A stretch of 64,000 nt of DNA from Bacteroidota bacterium (GTDB lineage Bacteria > Bacteroidota > Bacteroidia > Bacteroidales > SKPS01). Shown here piece after piece: positions 51,117 to 61,028 of this stretch. Numbering within the stretch: position 1 is the stretch's first letter; each line of letters begins with the position of its first letter. The notes beneath the pieces were generated by a model that worked only from the letters and a program-made list of their open reading frames with translations, did not search any database and was not told the DNA's origin. The stretch lies in NCBI GenBank assembly GCA_022709695.1, contig JAKLII010000002.1, forward strand, positions 346,955 to 410,954, in the 5' to 3' direction. Both the position numbers and the translations under genes were made by a program.

Positions 51117-51974
51117 TCACCCCTGCTCATACGGGAGATGGTTCACCAGGTTAAAATCGGCAAATGAGGCTACCGCAGAGGGATGCGTAAGAAGTGATTC
51201 CGGAGTGACTTCAGGGAGCAGGTTGCCACACAACTCCTCCTTCACAAAAATGAAATTGCTGCCATACCGGTTAGCCCCAACAAGCCGGTATCCTTTCTTC
51301 TTCCCCAGCCTGTACATTGCCATGGCAGAAGCACCATGGTACACCGGATGTTTGCCGGGATAGCAATAATCGGGATCGTATGGCACCACGATATTCTGCA
51401 ACCCAAATTCCACATGGGTTTCGATAATCACCACCCTCGGGGTACAAGCTTCAAGGGCATCCCAGATCCAGTAATCATTACCGTCGATATCCACCGAAAG
51501 GAGGTCAATCCAGCCTGAGAAACCTTCCTTTTCGATCAGTTGATTAACGTTTTCACGCTTCACCATGGCACATACAAACCGGGGTTTGTAATGCCACCGG
51601 TTGGGATACCGGTTGTAAAATCTTTCGCCCCTCCTGATACTGCGCGGATTGCCATCGATGAAGAGCCCGTGATATCCGAAATGGAAATAGAGGTTGGCGC
51701 AGTTGCTGTTAAGCCCGTCATCGGAACCGATCTCCACAAAACGTCTGGTTTCCATCCCGATGATGGAAAGGATGTACAACAGCAAACCATCCTCCTCGAA
51801 TTGGGAAAATACCCTGAAGCCTGTTTGATCCAGGCCGGGAAGATCACCCGAGGTGGCTTTATCTCTGTAGTAATGAAACAGTTGAAGCTGCTGAACCCCT
51901 AACAAAGGGGTCATTTTACCCTTCATCCGGAAGTAGGCCAGCCGTGATTTCAGAATATCTTTTATAATACCCAT
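51117..51974 (-). CDS. Hypothetical protein, possibly an FkbM-like SAM-dependent methyltransferase
   Basis: 285 aa. RRFVEIGSDDGLNSN resembles a degenerate SAM motif I, and IDLLSVDIDGNDYWIW resembles the FkbM IDLLKIDVEG segment. The assignment rests on motif recall only. Confidence 0.35.
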   Translation of the reverse strand: MGIIKDILKSRLAYFRMKGKMTPLLGVQQLQLFHYYRDKATSGDLPGLDQTGFRVFSQFEEDGLLLYILSIIGMETRRFVEIGSDDGLNSNCANLYFHFGYHGLFIDGNPRSIRRGERFYNRYPNRWHYKPRFVCAMVKRENVNQLIEKEGFSGWIDLLSVDIDGNDYWIWDALEACTPRVVIIETHVEFGLQNIVVPYDPDYCYPGKHPVYHGASAMAMYRLGKKKGYRLVGANRYGSNFIFVKEELCGNLLPEVTPESLLTHPSAVASFADFNLVNHLPYEQG

Positions 51975-52022
51975 GCTATGATCTGAGTGGAAGCGGCAAA
52001 GGTATTAAATATCAAAAGGTGA

Positions 52023-52586
52023 TTACCAGTCCTCTTCGGCCGGCTTTCCGGGTTTGATCATAAATTCGGTCAGCGATTTGATCAGCTCTTCCATATACGA
52101 CCTTACCTGGAGAAGGTAATCCCGGTTCTTTGGATCATAATAGGGCCCGGAGGGTTCAAGCCACCGTTCAAGGGGGTACCTGGAGGTGGTTTTCAGGTTG
52201 AAATCGGTAAAGGTATAGCGGAACCTACCTTCCTTAAATTCGAGTTTGAACCTGTAGGTTACCACCTTGGAGGGAACACGCGTCCCTTTGTAATCGTCGG
52301 TGAGGCGTATACTGTAACTCCCTTCAATAAGACCGGTTTCGGGGCTGCGGGTGGTGGTTACGGATGAGGGATTCGGAAACTGTTTGTTGATCCATGCAAT
52401 GGCTTTCACATACAAAGAGTCCTTACCAGCATCCTTCACCTCTGTAACAGCCTGCCATACAATTTTCCCCTCGCTGTCCAGGGGTACGATTCCTGTGAGT
52501 GAGGTATCCTGGTTTTCCTGTGCTTTGGAAAACAATGGGAACACAATCCACACAAGTATTGTAAAAAACATTGCATTTTTCATCAC
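52023..52586 (-). CDS. Secreted hypothetical protein, DUF4468-like
   Basis: 187 aa with a signal peptide (MMKNAMFFTILVWIVFPLFSKAQ). The pattern KIVWQAVTEV...LYVKAIAWINKQFPN...GSYSIRL...TYRFKLEFKEGRFRYTFTDF resembles DUF4468 (TBP-like fold) proteins. Confidence 0.45.
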   Translation of the reverse strand: MMKNAMFFTILVWIVFPLFSKAQENQDTSLTGIVPLDSEGKIVWQAVTEVKDAGKDSLYVKAIAWINKQFPNPSSVTTTRSPETGLIEGSYSIRLTDDYKGTRVPSKVVTYRFKLEFKEGRFRYTFTDFNLKTTSRYPLERWLEPSGPYYDPKNRDYLLQVRSYMEELIKSLTEFMIKPGKPAEEDW

Positions 52587-52636
52587 CGGTAATTTATTCG
52601 TTGCGAAAATAGAGATTTCGTCCCAAATCTCCCTAA

Positions 52637-52671
52637 CGAAAAAATCCCGGCCATGGTATTGACCGGGATTT
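52637..52671 (-). terminator. Intrinsic terminator of groES-groEL
   Basis: On the minus strand the stem pairs AAATCCCGG (52671-52663) with CCGGGATTT (52650-52642) across a 12-nt loop. It is followed by TTTTCG, the complement of the plus-strand A-run at 52639-52644. It begins 24 nt after the groEL stop. Confidence 0.75.
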
Positions 52672-52694
52672 CATGTATTCATAAGCCCTGGATT

Positions 52695-54444
<1,750 letters not shown>

Positions 54445-54723
54445 TTAAATAATTGCGTAAATATCAGACTCCCTCATAATGAGGTATTCGGCACCATCCA
54501 CATTGATTTCGGTACCGGAGTATTTCCCGTACAGTACCTGATCGCCGGGTTTCACGGTCATGGGTTCATCCTTTTTGCCATCGCCCACTGCAATTACAGT
54601 CCCCTTCTGGGGTTTTTCCTTTGCGGTATCGGGGATAATGATACCGGAAGCGGTTTTGGTCTCAGCCTGAGCGGGTTCTACAAGAACTCTGTCTCCTAAG
54701 GGTTTGATTTTAACGTCTGCCAT
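54445..54723 (-). CDS. groES: Co-chaperonin GroES (10 kDa)
   Basis: Start at ATG 54723 ([17 protein letters not shown]...), giving 92 aa. The mobile-loop region reads [21 protein letters not shown]. The ORF-track extension to 54789 is not homologous to GroES. Confidence 0.95.
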   Translation of the reverse strand: MADVKIKPLGDRVLVEPAQAETKTASGIIIPDTAKEKPQKGTVIAVGDGKKDEPMTVKPGDQVLYGKYSGTEINVDGAEYLIMRESDIYAII

Positions 54724-54835
54724 AATCTTGCTATTTAGGGTTAATAAATTCGGTAGTCGCGCCATTGACGAAATGCGTGCCAACCACAAATGAGGTGCGT
54801 TTAACTGTCAGGGTTGTCAATTTCAACCATGAAAT

Positions 54836-54871
54836 AAAAAAAATGTCAGATGGTTTCTGCCATTCTGACAT
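54836..54871 (-). terminator. Intrinsic terminator after secG
   Basis: On the minus strand ATGTCAGAATGG (54871-54860) pairs with ACCATCTGACAT (54854-54843), giving 11 bp with one bulged A and a 6-nt loop. It is followed by a T8 run, the complement of the plus-strand A-run at 54836-54843. It starts 31 nt after the secG stop. Confidence 0.85.
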
Positions 54872-54902
54872 TTCTATAGATGTGTGATATTCCCTATCAG
54901 GA

Positions 54903-55307
54903 TTATTCAGCAGGCTGGGCAGGTTGGGCAGGCTGAACGGGTTCTGTAGCCTGGTCCGTCTGGGCCTGTTCCTGTCCACCTCCCACCAAACCGGTGTTTT
55001 CCTGTCCTGTCTGTGCTGCCGGAGGAACGGTTGCTGTAGGCATATCTGTAATCTGCTTCAGGTCGGTTCGCAATCCGCCACCCGGGCGTTTGATGGCCAT
55101 AACGGAAGCCAGGCTGAGCACGAGCAGGGCTATCGCCAGTGTCCAGGTAGCCTTTTCAAGGAAATCGGCGGTTTTCCTTACGCCCATGTATTGGTTCGAA
55201 GATGAAAAATTTGATGCCAGGCCGCCACCTTTTGAGTTTTGTACCAGAACTATGAGTACCAGCAAAATGCTTACGATGATAATCAGAACGGTAATAACAG
55301 CGTACAT
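54903..55307 (-). CDS. secG: Preprotein translocase subunit SecG with an extended low-complexity C-terminal tail
   Basis: 134 aa. The SecG core reads MYAVITVLIIIVSILLVLIVLVQNSKGGGLASNFSSSNQYMGVRKTADFLEKATWTLA. The Q/P/A-rich tail reads ...GGGQEQAQTDQATEPVQPAQPAQPAE. Confidence 0.88.
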   Translation of the reverse strand: MYAVITVLIIIVSILLVLIVLVQNSKGGGLASNFSSSNQYMGVRKTADFLEKATWTLAIALLVLSLASVMAIKRPGGGLRTDLKQITDMPTATVPPAAQTGQENTGLVGGGQEQAQTDQATEPVQPAQPAQPAE

Positions 55308-55331
55308 ACGATTTCTCCTCAGATCTTTAAT

Positions 55332-55961
55332 TTACAAACTATTGGGCAAACTTTTTATTTCCGCAATGCGGGCTGCAAAATAACTGCTTTTTTCCGGCAT
55401 AGACAAGGACAATTTTTCCAAAATTTTGATCGCCTTGCTTTTGTTCCCCTGCTGCAGATACACATTGGCCAATGTTTCCGTAACAAGGTCGAATACAGGT
55501 ATATTGCTCTTTTCGGCCAGTTCCACAGCACTTTCAAATGAGCCTTCCCGCGGAACGATCCGGGGTTCTGCCTGAATAAACTGTTTGATCAGGTCGGCTT
55601 TCGGATCTTCTTCTTTTTTTGCCTCAGGTGCGGTTGCAGACGTAACTTCCACCACAGGCTGAGGCTGAGGTTCAAGCTGAGGTTCAGGGTCCTTCGGTAG
55701 AGCTTGCCGAATCATTAATTCCGGAGTGTGCAGCAGATGCCAGAGGATCTTACGGTCGGGGACAAACCAGGAAGAGCGATGCAACTGACCTGTAAAGGAG
55801 GGATCGGCATCTGCATGCATTTTTTTCAGCAACAACAGATGCAAACCCTGGAACCAGGGATAGGCATCCAGCCATCTGCGGAGTGTGGTGACATCTGCAG
55901 CCTCCGGCATTTCTGGTGCGCTAAGTGCCTTTAGCAGGATTTCCCGGTCATTTGGATTCAT
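55332..55961 (-). CDS. Hypothetical protein with a C-terminal TPR-like motif, conserved neighbour of lptE/secG in Bacteroidota
   Basis: 209 aa. The C-terminal segment TLANVYLQQGNKSKAIKILEKLSLSMPEKSSYFAARIAEI looks like a TPR. The central linker is Pro/Glu-rich. Confidence 0.5.
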   Translation of the reverse strand: MNPNDREILLKALSAPEMPEAADVTTLRRWLDAYPWFQGLHLLLLKKMHADADPSFTGQLHRSSWFVPDRKILWHLLHTPELMIRQALPKDPEPQLEPQPQPVVEVTSATAPEAKKEEDPKADLIKQFIQAEPRIVPREGSFESAVELAEKSNIPVFDLVTETLANVYLQQGNKSKAIKILEKLSLSMPEKSSYFAARIAEIKSLPNSL

Positions 55962-56015
55962 GCAGGATGGTATTCATGGTGTTCACTGATGCTTTCATTC
56001 CCCTGATTTCACGGT

Positions 56016-56531
56016 TTACCAGTTCACGAGTGCCCGGTTGAAGATGTCCTCCACAAGCTCAGCATTGATCTGATCGATCAGCCGGTCTTCCACCACAGAA
56101 AGGCTTTCTGTGGTTGCATATTTCTGGAATCTTGAAAAACGGGTTTCGAAGTCTTTGGAAGGGTCTATCCGGTTGAAAAAACGGACATTCAGGGTGATGG
56201 TCAGGCGGTTCATGGCAGCCTGTTCATTTCCCTGGATGGCTTCCGGTGTAGTGGTATATCCTGTGATTTCCCCTTCGAAATGGAGGTCGCCACTGCCGCT
56301 TACCAGTTTGAGGCGGGTCTGGGAAGATATCTTGTCGATGAGGGCATTGGTAACCCTGTTACTGAGGGCAGGCTGGGCCAGAGGGGCATTGTTCTGAAAA
56401 TACCCCACCGAAAAGGTAGTGGCCTGCGCAGGAATGGAAGCCCCGCTGGTGGTATACCGTATCTTCAGGCAGCCCGGAGAGGTACAGATCCCCAGAAGCA
56501 CAATGGCAAAGAGGATTATCCGCGGTTTCAT
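56016..56531 (-). CDS. lptE: LptE-family lipoprotein (LPS assembly)
   Basis: 171 aa with a lipobox (GICTSPGC). Its size and its position between the sigma-54 activator and secG match the Bacteroidota LptE locus. Its ATG overlaps the upstream stop (ATGA at 56528-56531). Confidence 0.6.
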   Translation of the reverse strand: MKPRIILFAIVLLGICTSPGCLKIRYTTSGASIPAQATTFSVGYFQNNAPLAQPALSNRVTNALIDKISSQTRLKLVSGSGDLHFEGEITGYTTTPEAIQGNEQAAMNRLTITLNVRFFNRIDPSKDFETRFSRFQKYATTESLSVVEDRLIDQINAELVEDIFNRALVNW

Positions 56532-57781
56532 TCCTTGATGTTGTATTCGTTGATTTTCCTGTATAAGGTCCTTTCCGATATTCCGAGCTCAGCAGCAGCA
56601 GCCTTCCTCTTCCCCTGATGGCGGCGGAGGGCCTTGCGGATGAGTTCAATCTCCCGCTTCTCAATGGAAAGGGATTCTTCTATGATCTCACTCTCCTCAT
56701 CAAAGGGGTCCTCCTCCCCGAAGGCATCTTCAGCCACGTGATATGCCGGAGTGTCTCCGTGAAACGGTATTACCACCCCTTCGGCAGGTTCCTGCCCGAA
56801 CCGCTTCAGCAATCCGGGATCCGACTGTTCAAGCCGCTGCATCACCACAGGATCACTCATCAGGTGCATCACCAGCGACTTCAGCTCATGCACATCCTTT
56901 TTCATGTCGAACAGCACCTTATAGAGCAGATCCCTTTCGTTTACCGCATCAGCAGAACCGGGGCCTCCTCCCCTGAACAGCACCGGCAACTGGCTGGTCT
57001 GGCTGTCGGGAAGATACTGCTGCAACACCTGCTGCGAGATATGGCGGTTCCGTTCAAGAATGGAGAGCTGCTCGGTGATGTTTTTAAGCTGCCGGATGTT
57101 TCCAGGCCAGCGATAGCGCATCAGGAGCTCCTGTGCCCCCTCGTCGAGGGTAAGCTCCGGAACCCGGTACCGCTCGGAAAAATCAACGGAAAATTTCCTG
57201 AACAGCAGGATGATGTCTTCTTTCCGGTCGCGCAACGGTGGTACATATACCGGAACGGTATTCAGACGGTAGTACAGATCTTCGCGAAACTTACCGTGGC
57301 TGATGGCTTCCGGCATATTGACGTTGGTGGCTGCCACCACACGAACGTTGGTCCTGATCACTTTTGATGAACCCACCCGCATGAATTCGCCCGACTCCAG
57401 AACCCTCAGCAACCTCACCTGGGTCGATAAGGGCAATTCCGCCACTTCATCCAAAAAAATCGTACCTCCGTTCACCACTTCAAAATACCCCTTCCGGGCT
57501 TCATGCGCTCCGGTAAAGGAGCCTTTTTCGTGCCCAAAGAGCTCTGAATCAATGGTCCCTTCGGGAATGGCACCGCAGTTTACCGCGATGTACGGACCAT
57601 GCTTTCTGGCACTTAGGTGATGGATGATCCTCGGAAAATTCTCTTTTCCAACGCCACTCTCCCCTGTGATCAACACCGTAATATCCGTAGGGGCCACCTG
57701 TATGGCTGTTTCCAGAGCACGGTTCAACCCTGCCGAATGACCAATGATTCCGAAACGCTGTTTTACCGACTGAACATCCAT
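56528..57781 (-). CDS. Sigma-54-dependent Fis-family transcriptional activator (AAA+ and HTH, no receiver domain)
   Basis: 417 aa with Walker A at GESGVGKE and the sigma-54 contact loop GSFTGA. Also carries Walker B at GGTIFLDEV, RVVAATN, and a C-terminal Fis-type HTH (AAAELGISERTLYRKI). Confidence 0.92.
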   Translation of the reverse strand: MDVQSVKQRFGIIGHSAGLNRALETAIQVAPTDITVLITGESGVGKENFPRIIHHLSARKHGPYIAVNCGAIPEGTIDSELFGHEKGSFTGAHEARKGYFEVVNGGTIFLDEVAELPLSTQVRLLRVLESGEFMRVGSSKVIRTNVRVVAATNVNMPEAISHGKFREDLYYRLNTVPVYVPPLRDRKEDIILLFRKFSVDFSERYRVPELTLDEGAQELLMRYRWPGNIRQLKNITEQLSILERNRHISQQVLQQYLPDSQTSQLPVLFRGGGPGSADAVNERDLLYKVLFDMKKDVHELKSLVMHLMSDPVVMQRLEQSDPGLLKRFGQEPAEGVVIPFHGDTPAYHVAEDAFGEEDPFDEESEIIEESLSIEKREIELIRKALRRHQGKRKAAAAELGISERTLYRKINEYNIKE

Positions 57782-57803
57782 ATCCCATTACCAAAAAGGG
57801 CAG

Positions 57804-57835
57804 CAAATATAAACATTTTCAACCGTTTCTCCCAA
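57804..57835 (-). promoter_or_regulatory. Candidate Bacteroidota promoter for the sigma-54 activator-lptE-secG array
   Basis: On the minus strand TTG (57835-57833), a 21-nt spacer and TATATTTG (57811-57804) are present. The ATG at 57781 lies 22 nt downstream. Confidence 0.45.
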
Positions 57836-57877
57836 CGGCAGCATTTTCGGAAACGTATCCCATATCTTCAAAAAAAC

Positions 57878-57885
57878 TATCTTTG
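57878..57885 (+). promoter_or_regulatory. Candidate -7 box (TATCTTTG) for fbaA
   Basis: TATCTTTG matches TAnnTTTG 112 nt upstream of the fbaA ATG at 57998. No well-spaced -33 TTTG was seen. It predicts a leader of roughly 105 nt. Confidence 0.4.
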
Positions 57886-57949
57886 TGCAACAACCCATCC
57901 CTTCACCTGTTTTAACCTTCAAACAATCTATCCCATCACCAATACTTCA

Positions 57950-57989
57950 CAATTGACCATTAACAATTAACAATTAACCATTAACAACC
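57950..57989 (+). repeat. Stutter repeat inside the G-depleted fbaA leader
   Basis: The sequence is CAATTGACCATTAACAATTAACAATTAACCATTAACAACC, a run of degenerate (C)ATTAACAA units. The whole predicted leader (about 57892-57997) contains only 3 G by my count. Confidence 0.8.
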
Positions 57990-57997
57990 AATAGCTT

Positions 57998-59077
57998 ATG
58001 TCGAAGAAAGTCCTTGATTTCATCAAACCCGGAGTGGTTTCGGGTGATGATCTGTCGCTGCTGTTTGCCATTGCCAAAGAGGAGGGTTTTGCCCTTCCTG
58101 CTGTTAACGTGGTGAGCACAGGCTCGGTGAATGCCGTAATGGAATCGGCCAGGGTGGTTAAGTCGCCGGTAATTATACAGTTCTCCAACGGGGGAGCCCT
58201 GTTCTATGCAGGGAAAGGGGTACCGAACGAAGGGGAAAAAGGGGCGATTTTGGGAGCCATCAGCGGGGCCAGACATATCCATCTGTTGGCTGAGGCTTAC
58301 GGGGTTCCGGTGGTAATCCATACCGATCATGCCGCCCGCAAACTCCTGCCCTGGATCGACGGCCTGCTCGACGAAGGGGAAAAACACTTTGCCGCAACCG
58401 GAAAACCCCTCTTCAGTTCCCACATGCTCGACCTCTCAGAGGAGCCGCTGGCGGAGAACATCGAGACCTGTAAAAAGTACCTCGAACGAATGAGCCGCAT
58501 CGGTATGACCCTCGAAATCGAACTGGGTGTTACTGGTGGGGAAGAGGACGGCGTTGACAATACGGGCATCGAAAGCTCAAGGCTCTATACCCAACCCGAA
58601 GAAGTGGCATATGCCTACAGGGAACTGAGCAAAATTTCCAACCGGTTTACCATCGCGGCTTCTTTTGGCAATGTACATGGTGTTTACAAGCCTGGTAATG
58701 TGAAGCTTACCCCGGTAATCCTGCACAATTCCCAGGAATACATCCGGAAGACCTTTAATACCGCTCCGAAACCGGTGAATTTTGTATTCCATGGAGGATC
58801 AGGTTCGAGCCGCGAAGAGATCCGTGAAGCCATTTCCTACGGAGTGATCAAGATGAATATCGATACTGATACCCAGTGGGCTTTCTGGGATGGGGTCCAT
58901 CAGTATTACAACAAATACAAAGATTACCTGCAGGGTCAGATCGGGAACCCCGAAGGGGACGATAAACCCAACAAAAAATACTACGATCCGCGCCGTTTCC
59001 TCCGTGAAGGGGAAGTGGGTATGATCAGCCGTCTGAAAACGGCATTTGAGGATCTGAACTGCCTCGACCGGAACTGA
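57998..59077 (+). CDS. fbaA: Class II fructose-1,6-bisphosphate aldolase
   Basis: 359 aa with GFALPAVNVV, PVVIHTDHA, LEIELGVTGGEEDGV, FGNVHGVYKPGNVKL, FVFHGGSGS and KMNIDTDTQWA. Confidence 0.95.
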   Translation: MSKKVLDFIKPGVVSGDDLSLLFAIAKEEGFALPAVNVVSTGSVNAVMESARVVKSPVIIQFSNGGALFYAGKGVPNEGEKGAILGAISGARHIHLLAEAYGVPVVIHTDHAARKLLPWIDGLLDEGEKHFAATGKPLFSSHMLDLSEEPLAENIETCKKYLERMSRIGMTLEIELGVTGGEEDGVDNTGIESSRLYTQPEEVAYAYRELSKISNRFTIAASFGNVHGVYKPGNVKLTPVILHNSQEYIRKTFNTAPKPVNFVFHGGSGSSREEIREAISYGVIKMNIDTDTQWAFWDGVHQYYNKYKDYLQGQIGNPEGDDKPNKKYYDPRRFLREGEVGMISRLKTAFEDLNCLDRN

Positions 59078-59157
59078 TAAGCCCCATTGGGCCATTTATT
59101 TGCATCGGGTTGTAATAAAACAGCCTCTGGTGCATTATACCAGTATACTTTCATGAA

Positions 59158-60414
59158 GTGAGAAGTATACCCCTCTGTGTGATAATGCTCTTCCCCGCTA
59201 TTGTGTGGTCGCAACCCGACAACAGTGCTGCGGAGGAGATAGTATCTGTCATCACCATCCGCAAACCTGAATTCAGGATCCTTTCGGATGCCTACACCCG
59301 GTTACAGCCTGTTTCTTCCGTGCCCCTCCTCACAGATACCACGCGGTTTGAGGAGAGGTACGAGGATTTTGACTATTGCCGGATCACCCCCAGGCAGCTT
59401 TCAAGAAATTCGGCAAGGATCCGCAATGCTTATTTCAATGTGCGACTGGTACGAAACCGCATCGACAGCAACCTCTGTTTTACCTTTTCGATGAAACCGG
59501 GGGTCCATATTTCAGGAGGCAAAACGTACATCAGCCCATCCAATCACCTTGATATAACCATGTTGTGCCCTGAAATGCGCACTTACAGGGCCTACACCTG
59601 GATCGTGGCCGACCCATATACCAGGAAAGAATTCCGGAGCCTGATAAGGGGGAAACGGTGGTATGATCTGCGTATCTGGTACCAACCCGAAAGCAGGCAA
59701 TACACCATGACTTTAAAGGGAGCCGACGACTCCATCGACCTTCAGGTATATCCGGTAAGAAACCACCGGTATGTGCCGGAGTCCCTGCGCCGGCCGGATC
59801 CAAACAAACTGCACAGGCAATACAGCAGGATGCTGGGCCGGATACGGAAACGGTTTGATGCCAATATCGACCGGCAGATCAGGAGCTGGAGACAAAGGGA
59901 TCTGGCACTGAACCCCCTCCCGGACGAGTATTTCAGCGAAGCCGAAAAAGCCATGACGCAGGAGCAATGGATGGAATATGCCACAAAGGTACTCGCCAAT
60001 GAGCAGGAGTATCTCCCCGATGCCCCCTTTTTCCCCGCCCTTTTCATGCGTTACCTTCGCTATCAGGGGTTCGGGGAGAAAGCGGGCTTTGACAATTCCG
60101 GCATTCCGCCTGCCCGTTGCAGGCTCAGCAGCGACACCCTTACCGGCAGTATCCAGCAGTTCTTTATTCTGGACAAGGTTACCATGGTGATGCATCGTCA
60201 GACGATGGTTACGTTCGACTCCCCTGAAACCTTCATCACCACCTTCCGGCCCGGGAAAAACCGCGTGGCGGTGTTCTGCCTCAAAGATGGCTCCCTGGCA
60301 CTGGCATCAGACTGTTCCTGGAATGCATCACGCAAAGAATTCATTTTCAATACCGAGATCTTTGATCCTGAACTGATTACCATCAGCGTTGTGATCGATT
60401 ACCTGGGATTGTAG
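59158..60414 (+). CDS. Hypothetical secreted protein, no recognised family
   Basis: 418 aa from a GTG start, with a plausible signal peptide (MRSIPLCVIMLFPAIVWSQP). An alternative ATG lies at 59185. It is Arg/Tyr-rich and shows no motif I recognise. It lies directly upstream of an ECF sigma / putative anti-sigma pair. Confidence 0.45.
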   Translation: MRSIPLCVIMLFPAIVWSQPDNSAAEEIVSVITIRKPEFRILSDAYTRLQPVSSVPLLTDTTRFEERYEDFDYCRITPRQLSRNSARIRNAYFNVRLVRNRIDSNLCFTFSMKPGVHISGGKTYISPSNHLDITMLCPEMRTYRAYTWIVADPYTRKEFRSLIRGKRWYDLRIWYQPESRQYTMTLKGADDSIDLQVYPVRNHRYVPESLRRPDPNKLHRQYSRMLGRIRKRFDANIDRQIRSWRQRDLALNPLPDEYFSEAEKAMTQEQWMEYATKVLANEQEYLPDAPFFPALFMRYLRYQGFGEKAGFDNSGIPPARCRLSSDTLTGSIQQFFILDKVTMVMHRQTMVTFDSPETFITTFRPGKNRVAVFCLKDGSLALASDCSWNASRKEFIFNTEIFDPELITISVVIDYLGL

Positions 60415-60461
60415 TGTAATATCTGCCATCCTTCAGCATATTCCCTATAAAGCGCTTCGAT

Positions 60462-61028
60462 ATGGAAACCGGGTTACAGACCAAGCCTCCGCCAGCCACC
60501 GATGCCGAGATTATCAGCCGGGCCCGGAGTGATATGCAGTTCTTCGAACCGTTGTACAACCGGCATTTTCCGTCGGTTTTCAGATATGTGTACCGCATGA
60601 TGGACGACCGGGAGGATGCAGCGGATCTCACGGCCAATGTATTTGTCAAAGCGATGGGATCGCTACATTCCTACAATGAGCACAGGAGCCCCTTCATCCA
60701 CTGGCTGCTGGCCATTGCCAGAAATGAGGTGTACGGGTTTTACCGTAAAAGAAAGTCGGAGATGCGGTACCATGCCAGCCTGGAAGGGATCGACCTGATA
60801 AGCCATGATAGTGAATATGAACCTTCGGAAGGGTTTTTCCCGGTAAAGAAGATCCTGGAGATGCTTCCACCTGCCGATTTTGAGCTGATAGACCTGAAAT
60901 ATTTCGGGAAAAAATCGGTGAGGGAAATCTCAGAGATCACCGGCATGAATGAAAATCGCATCAGGGTAAGGATGCACCGCATCAGGGAACGGATGGGAAA
61001 AATGATCAGAAATATCAAACAGCTATGA
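60462..61028 (+). CDS. ECF-type RNA polymerase sigma-70 family factor
   Basis: 188 aa. The region-2-like sequence is FEPLYNRHFPSVFRYVYRMMDDREDAADLTANVFVKA. The region-4 HTH is KSVREISEITGMNENRIRVRMHRIRERM. Confidence 0.88.
   Translation: METGLQTKPPPATDAEIISRARSDMQFFEPLYNRHFPSVFRYVYRMMDDREDAADLTANVFVKAMGSLHSYNEHRSPFIHWLLAIARNEVYGFYRKRKSEMRYHASLEGIDLISHDSEYEPSEGFFPVKKILEMLPPADFELIDLKYFGKKSVREISEITGMNENRIRVRMHRIRERMGKMIRNIKQL

Noticed and set aside
54724-54902. Considered a CIRCE (HrcA) operator or a sigma-54 promoter upstream of groES.
   Set aside because: No TTAGCACTC-N9-GAGTGCTAA-like palindrome is present. A TGGCACG on the minus strand lacks the correctly spaced -12 GC: TGGCACGCATTTCGT puts GT where GC is required.
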